The notes beneath the pieces were generated by a model. That model saw only the letters and a program-made list of their open reading frames with translations. It made no database searches and was not told where the DNA came from. A stretch of 63,963 bases of DNA, the filler included, from Octopus bimaculoides (Eukaryota): assembly GCF_001194135.2 (NCBI RefSeq). It is 7 parts of 7 records of this genome, joined end to end, with 100 filler letters (N's around TTAATTAATTAA, not from the genome) between each part and the next. Parts side by side here need not be neighbours in the genome. Positions count along the whole stretch, not along the records: positions 45,076 to 54,441 come from NC_068993.1; positions 54,542 to 61,195 come from NC_068985.1; positions 61,296 to 62,727 come from NW_026402351.1; positions 62,828 to 63,963 come from NW_026383870.1; 3 more parts are not named here. The stretch is one strand, 5' to 3'. Positions 52,552 through 63,963 of this stretch are shown here, piece after piece (position 1 is the first letter of the stretch; each line of letters begins with the position of its first letter). Made by a program: the position numbers and the translations under genes.

Positions 52552-54191
52552 CTCTACACCATATACAGACACAGTCACATACAATCACCATTTGCTTACA
52601 TCCACCGATGTATGCAAGCCCTGTCTTATACAGTAACCACTACACACAAACAAATTCGTATACAGTTCCCATTATATATAGGCGCTATGACATACAGTCA
52701 ACATTGCATACAACCAATACTCTTTACGGGCACCATTGCATACAGTCACGATTAGAAATAAACTGCAATATACATTTACCATTACATACAACATTAGAAC
52801 TATATACAGATATTGTCATTTTCGGTCATCACTGCGTATTGTCACTACAATATACAAGCACAATCGCATACATTCACTATTGCATACAAGTACAACCCCA
52901 ACTTGTACACAGGCTCTGCGGAGAAGGAGAATAAACGCGGACAGAAAAGGTCGTTGCAGAGGTCACAGATCAGTGACGAAAGATTTCCGGACAATGGACA
53001 TAAGACAAAATAAAAAGAGTAATAAACGAGTGAAAAACAAATATATAGTGCGTGTGTTTATTTGACAAAAAAATGTCTATCCCGAAATATAACAATGCAT
53101 TTAATACAACTTACTATTATATGTTTTCATTTTCGTCTGTCGAGGTGACGATGACCACCTAGTCATCATGGAGTTGACTGATGGCTTGCAATAATAGTGG
53201 AAAAATGAGGAAAAGAAAAATATTATGAACTGAAAGTAAGAACGTTCAAATGGTACTGCATCTAAGTGGAGCACATGCAGCCATTTCGTCAAACATTGAT
53301 TCGTTGTACATTCTTTTCATTCTGCATTAGTTTTATGTTTTTTGTCCCCACTGTGATGTTCTGTCTCTCCTTGAGCTGTCCCCTCTGTGTTACAGCCTGA
53401 GCGCTGAATAAAAGAGATACAATCGGCAAAGGTACGCCGTTCGGACTAGACCCGCAGAGATGACGAAAAACGTCGTCATATTCTATGTAACAAATCAGTT
53501 CCATAGAATCACCACTTCACGAATAACAACATTACATAAACCATCAATATTGTATATGTGTATGAATGTACACTCACATCATGTGTATACTCACAACCAT
53601 AGCCATTATCACATAGAGTTACCACTTCATACAGTCACAACTACGCCCAAGTACTACGACATATAGCTCCCGTTGCAGTCACAATTCTTATAATGTAACG
53701 AGGCAATTAAGGAGTCTGTGTGTGGTTGTTTCACTTGCTAGAAGCCGCAGCTAAATTGCCCTGAAATCATAGATTAATGTCTCAAAAATTCATCACGTTT
53801 GATAATATAGACTTGGGCACCATACATATAAACAGAAAAAAAAAGCACTTGATGGTCATGATTGGAGCGACTTGTTTAATCATGGGTCTGATTAGGGTTA
53901 AAGAACAGCAGCAACAGTTTCAAGAACATAGATTGTGAATTTCATTGGTACTTATTTGTGCAGTTACTGTATCAGACGCCAGTTTTTCCAATCAATACTG
54001 TGCACACCCACCACCTCCACCACCACTCATACTGCACAGATCCCCCCCAATCTCAAACCGCAAACCTCCACGCATCCCCTAACCATAGCAACACACCCAC
54101 CCAACCACCCATCCATACATACATCTTTCAGTGCTCAATCTTTCATCCGTGCCAACCCCCACATCATGTTTCGTTTGATCTCTCTCTCTCC

Positions 54192-54246
<55 letters not shown>

Positions 54247-55654
54247 TCTTCTTCTTCTCGCTTCCTAACTATCTCTCTGTCCTTATATCTTTTTCTTTAT
54301 CTCCCCACCTCTTGTTTCCCCTCCCTCTGTACCCAAACTACGCACATAAATACAAAAATACGTATGTGTATGTATGTATTTATACTACATGTATGTGTGT
54401 GCTTATGTCACATGCGAGTCCGTGTTCCCAAGAATATATATNNNNNNNNNNNNNNNNNNNNNNNNNNNNNNNNNNNNNNNNNNNNTTAATTAATTAANNN
54501 NNNNNNNNNNNNNNNNNNNNNNNNNNNNNNNNNNNNNNNNNTATATATATACATATATATATACGATGGGCTTCTTTCAGTTTCCGTCTACCAAATCCAC
54601 TCACAAAGATTTGGTCGGCCCGAGGCTATAGTAGAAGACACTTGCCCAAGGTGTCACACAGTGGATATATATATTTCCTTTCCCGAGCGTCTAATAACAC
54701 TATCCGTATCACGTCCTCACATTGTTGTTTTCTGTTATTGTTTTTTGTCTTTTTTTGAACTTATATATATATATATATATATATATCGTCAGTGTATCAT
54801 ATAGCCGAAAAAGAAGCACATTGTAAAGTACTACAGCAGTAATATTTATATTTTTTTAGTAAGTTAAATGTAGAGAAGTTATGCGTCTTTATACGGTTGA
54901 GTCTGACGAGTCGCCTCGGCCATGACATTTAACTTCTTAAAAAAAATATAGATAGATGTATTATATATTATACATATATATAATATAGAAGATACTTGTC
55001 GTAGGTGCCACGCATTGGGACTGAACCAAAAGCCATGTAATTTGCGCTCGTTGCATTGCCTTATTGGTTTCAGGCAAGGAAATTTTCTTTAACCTTTTAC
55101 ACAATTACCTTGAAGCTTGTTTCCCATGCGTTTTCCAAAATGCTGAGGGTGCACAATCCAGATGAAATATAATGCAATTATAGACGACTATATCATTAGG
55201 CAACTTCTTGTTCAGAATATTCACATAGTTTGTTGTCGTTGTTTCTGTCTTTAGTTTATGGTTGTACATTGAAGCATTACGTAAAAGTCACAAGGTACAA
55301 CAGAAATTACCCACAGGGCGTTATGCGGTTGTTATTTATGCAATGCTTTAGTCATGTCTGTGTATACTTGGGCTTGTACCTGTAAATTACTGCAGGACGA
55401 AGGAAAAATAATTGGATGCAAAAGGCTTTCTGGATGTTTTGTCGTTAATCACGACTTTCAATCACTCCTCTTCCGTCCAAATTTTATGATACTAGCAAAA
55501 TTGTAAACGATCCTAGAAGGATTACACTATGTAACAAATTTCCGACTTTTGTTTGTCTTTGGTTATTAAGTGTTATTTCCTAATTGCTTTGGTCTAGAAA
55601 GCAAAGAATATTATTATTAGTCCCTTAACACTTTGGTTCTGTGGCCAGAACACT

Positions 55655-56020
55655 GAGGAGTGGCTGTGTGCAATCCTACTGCGTGACACCTTCTACTATA
55701 GCCTCGGGCCGACCAAAGCCTTGTGAGTGGATTTGGTAGACGGTAACGGAAAGAAGACCGTCGTATATATGCATATATATATATTTATATATGTATGTGC
55801 GTGTGTATATGTTTGTGTGTCTGTGTTTGTTCCCCCAACATCGCTTGACAACGGATGCTGGTGTGTTTACGTCCCGTAACTTAGCGGTTCGGCAAAATAG
55901 ACCGATAGAGTAAGTACTAGGCTTACAAAGAATAAGTCCTGGGGTCGATTTGCTCGACTAAAGGCGGTGCTCCAGCATGGCCACAACCAAATGACTGAAA
56001 CAAGTAAAAGAGTAAAAGAG
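55655..56020 (+). mobile_element. Bipartite SINE nested in the Chapaev3 element
   Basis: Both halves with an internal (TA/TG) microsatellite. Confidence 0.9.
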
Positions 56021-56262
56021 TATATATAAAGTTGTAATCTGAATTAATGTTTTTAAAGTAATTATACTATTTAATACACACACACATACACATATTTAAA
56101 AAAAAATTTTTTATTATAGTTTCAGCTTAGAGCTGCGGCCATGCTGATGCACCGCCGTGTTGCTACACTGTTATTACAGGGAGCCTCTAACAATTTGTGG
56201 CACTTGGTGAAGAATGGAGTTTGATTTAGCAAATATATATATATATATGTATCTACACACAC

Positions 56263-56295
<33 letters not shown>

Positions 56296-56524
56296 CGCAC
56301 ACACACNNNNNNNNNNATATATATATATATAGCACAGGGAGTTGAACCGCGTTTGCACAACAAAGCAACATGTAAACATATCTCCATATTTATTTCTAGA
56401 ACGTTCTGGCAACACTGAAAGTGCTATAAATAAAAGGATTCAGGAAACATAGACTATTTAGTCCAGTCTACTTCTAGCTGTTAAAGTGGACACACAGCAT
56501 TATTGATAGCTGCATTCGTCCCGA

Positions 56525-58800
56525 ATGGCATCAAGAGGCTTTAAGCATCCGGCAGATGGATTTTGTGATATCTGCGGTGAATTTATCAAGAGAAGAGCAA
56601 AACAGTACTCTGGAACATCTGCTACTAAAGTGTGTGTGAGTGGGAACCACATTTCACTTGCGAACTCTGCCAAAGTACTTTAGAAGGTATGATGGAAAAT
56701 TTTGCTAACTTGGATAGTGGAATTTTTAAGTGTAAAAATTTTGAATTTTTTTTTCTATTTTCATTACCTCTTTTGTAACCAGTGTTGTAGAAAATATGTG
56801 GAGGTGCAATGGCCCAGTGGTTAGGGCAGCTGACTCGCGGTCATTGGATCGCGGTTTCGATTCTCAGACCGGGCGTTGTGAGTGTTTATTGAGCGAAAAC
56901 ACCTAAAGCTCCACGAGGCTCCGGCAGGAGATGGTGGCGAACCCTGCTGTACTCTTTCACCACAACTTTCTCTCACTCTTACTTCCTGTTTCCTTGTCAC
57001 GCTGAATATACCTGAGGACTACGCTAAGGGTACACGTGTCTGTGGGGTGCTCAGCCACTTGCACGTTAATTTCACGAGCAGGTTGTTCCGTTGATCGGAT
57101 CAACTGGAACCCTCGTCGTCGTAAGCGACGGAGTGCCAACAACAAAAACATATAGAAAATATGTATAAAATATTTAATAAAAACATAATATATAAAGTCA
57201 AGTACCATACAATGACTAATGTAAATACATCTGTAATTGTAAATATTTATTTATGGGTGAAAATATGATGAATCATTGAGAAAGCAAGTGTAATATATAT
57301 GTATTCTTATACTCATATTTCTATTTGACTCTTTTGCAGGATGGTACAGAGGGGAAAAGGGAGCCATGAAACTCGCAATCCCACGAATTTGGAGAGAACG
57401 AACTGACCACTCAAACAATTGCTTCTTCTACATGACTGACCCTTCCAAACGTCGGGCTGGCAAGAATGCACTTGCCATCACATAACCAGACCTTCTGTTA
57501 ATCGCTCCAGTACCACACTGCCCTCAGCTTCCAGTACCCACACCTCCAAAGATAGAGCAGCTACCTTCAGAATAGAGCAACACACCAGAAGAGGTTGAAA
57601 TCGTTGATCCAGATTTCAGAGGTGCAGCGAAAGAGAGAAACCCACACTACCCCAACCAAAAAGAGCTCAACGACTTTATCAGAGATCTTGGTCTCACAAA
57701 GTCCAGTGCTGAACTTTTGACATCAAGACTCCGGCAGTGGAATTTGTTACATGAAGGTGTGCAAGTCACAAGTCAGAGAAAGCGCAACCAGTATTTTTCA
57801 AGTTTTTTCACCAGTCAAGATAGGCTTTGCTTTTGCCACAATCTGACTGATCTGTTTGAGGCTATTGGAATCGCTTGTAACCCCAGCGAGTGGCGCCTCT
57901 TCATTGACAGCTCATCCAAGAGCCTCAAAGCTGTGCTACTTCACAACGGGAATATGTATCCATCTCTTCCCTTGGCTCACTCAGTGTAGCTTAAAGAGGA
58001 GTACAGCAGCGTGAAGATCTTACTTAAAGCCTTGAAATATGAAGAGTACGGTTGGGAGGTTATTGGAGACTTTAAAATGGTGACCTTTCTGATGGGTCTC
58101 CAAGGCGGATTTACCAAGTTCCCATGTTATCTTTGCCCTTCGAACAGCTGGGCGACCGCAGAACACTGCCAGAGGCGGGACTGGCCACAGCGGACCGTGT
58201 TCAGTGTGGGGAAGAAGATGATTAAATGGGAGCCAATGTTGGACCCCCGAAAGGATTGTTTCCTTCACTGCACCTAAAATTGGGTCATATGAAACAGTTT
58301 GCTTCGGCTCCAGATCAGGAGTTTGCGGCTTTCAGATATCTTTTTCCTAAAGCTGTCTGAGGCAAAAGTGAAAGCTGGTGTCTTCGTCGGACCACAAATA
58401 AAGTAGATCTTAGAGTGCAAGAAATTCCTCAAGAAGCTCACTGAGACGGAGGAATGAACGTGGAACAGCTTTGTTGCAGTGGTTCGAGGGTTCCTGGGAA
58501 ATCAAAAGCCGTAAACTATGTAAAGCTTGTTGAAACGCTGGTCAAAAACTATGGCAAAATGGGCTGCAGGATGTCCCTCAAAGTCCATATCCTTAACGCT
58601 CATCTTGATAAACTTAAGAACATGGGAGCGTACTCGGGAGAGTAAGACGAGCGATTCCACCAAGATATAATATATTTTGAACGCCATTACCAAGGATCGT
58701 ATAAAGAAAACATGATGGGAGACTATATTTGGTCACTTATTCGTGAAAGTAATTTGCAGTATTACAGTATAAGCGTAAATCGCGAAAAACTACTCGCTTC
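56525..58800 (+). pseudogene. Chapaev3-type transposase pseudogene, two exons (intron 56687-57339)
   Basis: MASRGFKHPADGFCDICGEFIK...WEPHFTCELCQSTLE|GWYRGEK.AMKLAIPRIWRE...ELNDFIRDLGLTKSSAELLTSRL...EWRLFIDSSSKSLKAVLLHNGN...GFTKFPCYLC...RFHQDI; several stops and frameshifts. Confidence 0.9.
56800..57152 (+). mobile_element. Third tRNA-derived SINE family, full length with 12-bp TSD
   Basis: A box tggcccagtgg, B box ggtttcgattc, (AAC) tail; TSD tagaaaatatgt at 56788-56799 and 57153-57164. Confidence 0.9.
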
Positions 58801-59628
58801 TAAATATTTTGTAGTAACTTTTCTGCAATCTTAGAATAAATAAATGCCACTTTTGAATTATATGTTGTTTTGATTCGACTTTGAAAGAATGAGAATGTTC
58901 ACATTTGTCGGTTTTCCCAATGGTATTATTTAAACTTAAGAAATATCTTTATCCTGACCACAGAAACAAAGTTTGAAGCTAATAATAGCCATTATTCATA
59001 CTTTCTAGACCTAACCAAATAAGAAATAGCATTTGTTTCCGAAAGACAAAAATTGTGTTACATAATGTTATTATTGTTGCGCTTTTTTTTTTGTTTTTTT
59101 GTACGATAATTCTATACAGCTACCACATCGATCTTTCGGATTCTTTTATTCCAAATCCTTTCCAGTTTACTGATTTTTCCGAACCAGTGGTGGTCACCTT
59201 GATCAACACACCCTAAAATTAAACAAATATTAAATTGACTTAAATACTTAAATGAAATACAGGTACCTACCTGTACATTAGTATTATGTCTCAAGCTACT
59301 GGTATCTAGCCCCTTCGGATGATCTCTGCCCAACCGCTACACGACGGCTACTCAACAGTTAGACCACTCCTACCACGATCAGACTACCTCCATTCATATG
59401 TCTTGGTTGAGCCTACTTCTTCGCTTGGGGGCGTCGACACAACAATTAGTATAAATAATACAAGTTTTATTAATACTGTGCTGTGCAAGGGACCAGTAAA
59501 CTCGTCTGGCAGCCACGGGAATTGGAAATAGCTGCTCGTAAATTAGTGCGGATTATAAGAGGTTCCGGATTATCATTGTCCGGATGTCGGTGTTGTACCT
59601 ATAGTATTCATTAGACGTTTTGCAAATA

Positions 59629-59845
59629 CGAAGAGTGCTGAAAAGTTCATGGCTTTAAGAGTATTGCGAAAGGCCTAGGTGGAGGCCAAATCTTCCGAGT
59701 TCTTTTACAGGTCTTATAAAAACTGAAGAACTGCTGCAATAAGTGCATGAATCTGAGAGAGGAATATAAAATCATCTTTAACTGAACCTTCTGTATTTTG
59801 TATTTTCTTTTAGTCCAAACCAGGAACTTTTCAGCACCCACCTCG
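59629..59845 (+). mobile_element. mariner-derived MITE
   Basis: ta|cgaagagtgctgaaaagttc ... gaacttttcagcacccacctcg|ta. Confidence 0.85.
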
Positions 59846-59944
59846 TATATGGAAGTATCTCAGCCATATATGTTTTACTCATAGAGCTGTGTTGTAACGT
59901 TGCCCACTACCATAAGCACTACTGTGCTTGTGGTAACTCTAGAT

Positions 59945-60307
59945 CATCTCAACCATTTTTTACCTATGGAACCCTTTGATTACTATTTTACTCCAGTGAA
60001 CCTCCATAGCTATTCAATGTTTAGAAACTAGTTTTCTAGACACTTCTTTCAAAAGTCTTATTTTATTTTTCACATGTTCACTTGTATATGTTTGCATCAA
60101 CACTCTCAGAGAGAACACGTTTCAGTAGCTGGAAACATTAAACTATGCAAAACATTAGAGGTAAAGAAAAAAAGATTTAGCTGTTTCTTATTTTTTCATA
60201 GGCCCCCTAAAATAATACTGTAGATCCCCAAATTACTATTTTACTTGCGTGGACCCCCACCCTGCCCCAAAAAAGAATCTTATATGGACCCCGGTTGAGA
60301 ACTCCTG
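59945..60307. mobile_element. hAT-type MITE
   Basis: Ends tctcaacc / ggttgagaactcctg; flanks ctctagat / gtctagat. Confidence 0.6.
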
Positions 60308-60490
60308 GTCTAGATCTAAATGGGGATACGACAATAAAATCATACGATCACTTTCAAAGCCTGGCCTACCAAATGATCTGTATATNNNNNNNNNNNNNNN
60401 NNNNNNNNNNNNNNNAGATCGATATTTAAAATATTGATCTTATCAAGTGACCAGCATGGGAATAAAAACCATCAAAGGTAATAATTATTT

Positions 60491-60638
60491 AAAATTATAA
60501 TACAGGGTATCTAAGAGATACCGCCACGCTGAAAAATAGCAGTCAAATTCTGACTCTAAAAACATGGTTTTAGAGTCAGAATTTGACTGCTATTTTTCAG
60601 CGTGGCGGTCTCTCTTAGATACCCTGTATTATAATTTT
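60491..60638. repeat. 148-bp spacerless near-perfect palindrome (foldback MITE)
   Basis: Centre catg (60563-60566); two mismatches; tacagggt...accctgta Tc1/mariner-like ends. Confidence 0.95.
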
Positions 60639-61025
60639 TTTTATATATATATATATATGTATCGTCTGATAAGACCAAGACAAACTGTCTAGACTGCAAC
60701 AGCAGATACGTTCAACGGAGTTGATATCTCCCTGGTACGGGAAGCAAGTTAGTAACATTTTTTCGTTTCAGATGATAATTCTATGAATTATTAAATATTG
60801 ATGCAGATTGCAGTATCAAAAATGCCAAGTGGAATATTTCATTATCTATATATCATATGTAATATTAATTAATCAGTTTTGTTAATTGCAAATGTCTAGT
60901 AAATAATTAGTTGTTTTTTTTTTGTTTATGTATCAAAATATAGAGAAATACTAAATTTTATCTTTATTGTTCAGACGTGACCAGAATTGTATGTAATACA
61001 CACAGACACGCAACCATATACACAT

Positions 61026-61065
<40 letters not shown>

Positions 61066-61589
61066 GTGTGTGTATGTATGTGTGTGTCTGTCTGTGTACA
61101 TCATACATAAATGTGTGTGTACAAATTTATATATATATATATATGTATACACCCCCCCCCATATATAAATATATATACATATATACACCCATATGNNNNN
61201 NNNNNNNNNNNNNNNNNNNNNNNNNNNNNNNNNNNNNNNTTAATTAATTAANNNNNNNNNNNNNNNNNNNNNNNNNNNNNNNNNNNNNNNNNNNNGATAA
61301 ATTAAGTACCAGTTGCGTACTGGGGTCGATCTCATCGACTGGCCCTCTCTCCCAAAATTTCTGGCCTTGTGCCTAGAATAGAAAAGATTATTATGTGATG
61401 AAAACTCACAGCTTATTTTGCTGGATATGACGGAAATTATCAGCTGTCTACAGCCAGCAGACTAAGGTGACAAGAATTCTTGTAGCTCCAAGCAATGCTG
61501 ATTTTTCTAGATGTTTCTACCTTCATTGACACAACCTTCATATTCCCCCCTTCAAATCGTTATAGTTGTTTATTTTTTTTTTGTTTTGT

Positions 61590-61910
61590 TCTTCCTTCAC
61601 ATTGTCACCGGGGCATGTTATGTCGATTATTCACCACAACAACGTCCGGTTTCCGATATCTGGTCAGGTGATCGCAGTGGATCATTGCATCCCGCAGGAT
61701 TTTGCAATTCTCATTCGCGGCCACTCTATTCTACCTCTTTCTCCTATGTAGGCCGTGATTTCCACAGAGCTCTCAACGAATCACTCTCGCCAAATTATGT
61801 CGTCTTTTGTATTCGCGTTGGGCCAATTTCGGGCATTTGCTAACGATGTGCCGTACCGTTTCACTCCTCTCACTACATATTGTGAATTTGTCGCTAAAGG
61901 TAATGTTGTC
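61590..61910 (-). mobile_element. R4/Dong-like remnant next to (TAA)n
   Basis: ICSERSETVRHIVSKCPKLAQREYKRRHNLARVI...NENCKILRD..IHCDH...KPDVVVV. Confidence 0.85.
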
Positions 61911-61925
61911 TATCATTACTATTAC

Positions 61926-61974
<49 letters not shown>

Positions 61975-62269
61975 TTCATCATCATCATCATCATCATCAT
62001 CATTATTATTATTATTATTATCAGTTTAGTTGCCATGAGTTCTATCGATTCAGGAGACATGACAAGAAAAAAGAAGAAAAGACACTCAGAAGAAATTATA
62101 GTTGTTGAAGAGATCACAGAATGTGTGAGAAAGAAAATTGGCAAATAAAATATTAATATTACGGAGATGTACTTGCATAGCAAGTGACCTGATCTGAGAT
62201 CGTGTGCTGGGACGAAAACAATTGCAACGTTGAAGGTGTTTATAAGCCATTTAAAATAACACAAAAACC

Positions 62270-62727
62270 GTTAGATTCGCTTCAACATTTAAATTTAATG
62301 ATGCTTCGTACAGGCAGAAAAGGTGAAGGTGAGGGGGAATGGGAGGAGGTTGAAATGAATGTTCAAAAGCTGGGGGATGGTGAAGCTGAAGGGTGGAGGA
62401 AGCTGTGGAAGATGTCCGGCAAGAGAGAGAGGGGGGATAGAGGGTTGGCGGTGTGAGGATAGAGGACAGTTCAGAGGTTGGCGTGTGCCAAGGCAGAAAG
62501 TGTGGACGATGTTGGAGCAGCGGTGTGCAGTATAGAAGAGACAAAGGGGGAAGTTGCGGATAGAGTCCCCGGGGATCAACGCTTGTTACAAGATAAACGG
62601 TATGTAAATGGGAGTGGCCGGTTGAGGATGCTGGAACGATGAAGGGTCACGCTGTTAATAGCAGAGACCTTGTGAAGATAGTGCTGAGGGTAGTGTCGGG
62701 ATAAGCTTCTGCAGAGAAGAGATGGAG
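62270..62727 (-). mobile_element. Probable Penelope-like RT C-terminal remnant
   Basis: YLHKVSAINS...RPLPFTY...IRNF, frameshifted. Confidence 0.4.
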
Positions 62728-63039
62728 NNNNNNNNNNNNNNNNNNNNNNNNNNNNNNNNNNNNNNNNNNNNTTAATTAATTAANNNNNNNNNNNNNNNNN
62801 NNNNNNNNNNNNNNNNNNNNNNNNNNNTATACATATATACATACACACGCGCACACATATGCACATAATATATATGCATATACACACATACGTATGCACT
62901 CACACAATTAAAAAGGAAAAAATGAAAAAAATATTAAAAATTATTAATTAATGCAAGTTAAAACATGGAAAAGTTTGTGCAGGAACATAGTGGAAATGTG
63001 CATTCTAGCAGTGACTTTGGAGGTGGGGACCCAAAACCG

Positions 63040-63300
63040 TAAGAGGTATTTTGTCATATGTAGACACAATCTAAAAAGTTCAGTTCTTGAATTTAAACAT
63101 GTATCGGAGTCTAAGGAAGATTTCCAGATGTGCCATCTTTCCATATTACAAACACCGCACTTGTCACTACCGTTGGTATAAAGTTTAAACTTGGCTATGA
63201 TCTTCCAGTAAATCTTGTAGTTGACACCTTGTTCTTAAGAACTATGTACAACTGGATAATTTGGTAGTTTTTCATTTATTCCAGTGTCTGAAGCTTAAGG
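63040..63300 (-). mobile_element. Penelope-like GIY-YIG C-terminal remnant
   Basis: EQGVNYKIYWKIIAKFKLYTNGSDKCGVCNMERWHI...CLNSRTELFRLCLH. Confidence 0.75.
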
Positions 63301-63351
63301 CGTGACTATTGAATCTTGAATTGAAATTTCCCTGTGAGAGCCATGTATATA

Positions 63352-63390
<39 letters not shown>

Positions 63391-63963
63391 TTATGTATAT
63401 TTTAATATTATCTTGGTTGAAAAAACTTCGACAATGTAAATATGTTAATAGTTACCAGGGTAGCAAAAATCACACAAAAACTGGGATATCATACCTGGTT
63501 AATAGGTAGAAATACCATGTTAAAGTGATGTATTTGGAGTAGATATGAAGAATAATAATAAATGGAGCAAAACGCGTATAATCAATAAGTTCCTTTAGTT
63601 CCTACATATGTTTCAAAATATATGTGCACTCTACTCCAAAGAAGTAAGAGGTGCTGGAAATGCACAGAAATTCATCGTCAGGGAACCAACATACAAAAGC
63701 AAGACTTATGCTAAATGTTATGGTTACGTGCGAGTTATAACATTATATAGTTAAGTAAATGACCGTTAGAAACAAGAACGCTAGTTTACAGGGAGCTGTT
63801 AAGGGAGAGAAGCTATGAATGCTATACTAAAAGTTTAAATTAGAGGAAGGCATAATGGACCGCAGTAAAATCCAAAAATCTAAAGTTCAAAAGAATGGAA
63901 AACAATGGTAAACAAAAAACCAGTAAAGGAGGAAGGGAGAGAATCCAATGAATTCATTATATA

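Larger units (their letters stand above)
51110..53700. repeat. Degenerate ~16-bp minisatellite (CATACAGTCACCACTA-like) interrupted by SINEs and a MITE
   Basis: Units such as catacagtcaccatca, catacaggcactatcg, catacagtcaccatta at 51110-51550, 52550-52910 and 53490-53690. Confidence 0.75.
55525..59067 (+). mobile_element. Full-length Chapaev3-like (CMC superfamily) DNA transposon
   Basis: Left end cactatgtaacaaa, right end gtgttacataatg, extended subterminal similarity (ggtctagaaag, tattattag, ctttg.ttctgtgg.cag); TTA at 55522-55524 and 59068-59070. Confidence 0.85.

Noticed and set aside
54903-54930. CTGACGA followed by a GTC/GAC stem
   Set aside because: No GAAA follows; incomplete core.

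Overview
Eukaryotic, AT-rich, microsatellite-laden draft-assembly DNA with many N gaps. The SINE families and repeat landscape look like an octopus genome (inference; probably Octopus bimaculoides). There is no intact multi-exon or long single-exon host CDS, and almost all long ORFs in the track are microsatellite or N-gap artefacts. The window is dominated by decayed mobile elements: tRNA-derived SINEs, RTE-type LINEs, RLE-type (R4/Dong-like) non-LTR elements next to (TAA)n, Penelope-like elements (PLE; GIY-YIG and terminal regions), mariner/Tc1 copies and MITEs, hAT-type MITEs, and a full-length Chapaev3-like (CMC) transposon (55525-59067) with both TIRs, a TTA TSD and an intron-containing transposase pseudogene. 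Small candidate exons with good splice signals occur on + (5518-5623, 28629-28742/28770, 35732-35805) and on - (17967-18083, 12814-12840), so much of the window may be intronic; these are unconfirmed. The most interesting signals are a minimal hammerhead-ribozyme-like motif in PLE termini whose variant core (CUGUUGA) is shared by two copies, and several long hairpin-forming inverted repeats, including a perfect 146-bp-arm repeat, which would make dsRNA if transcribed.
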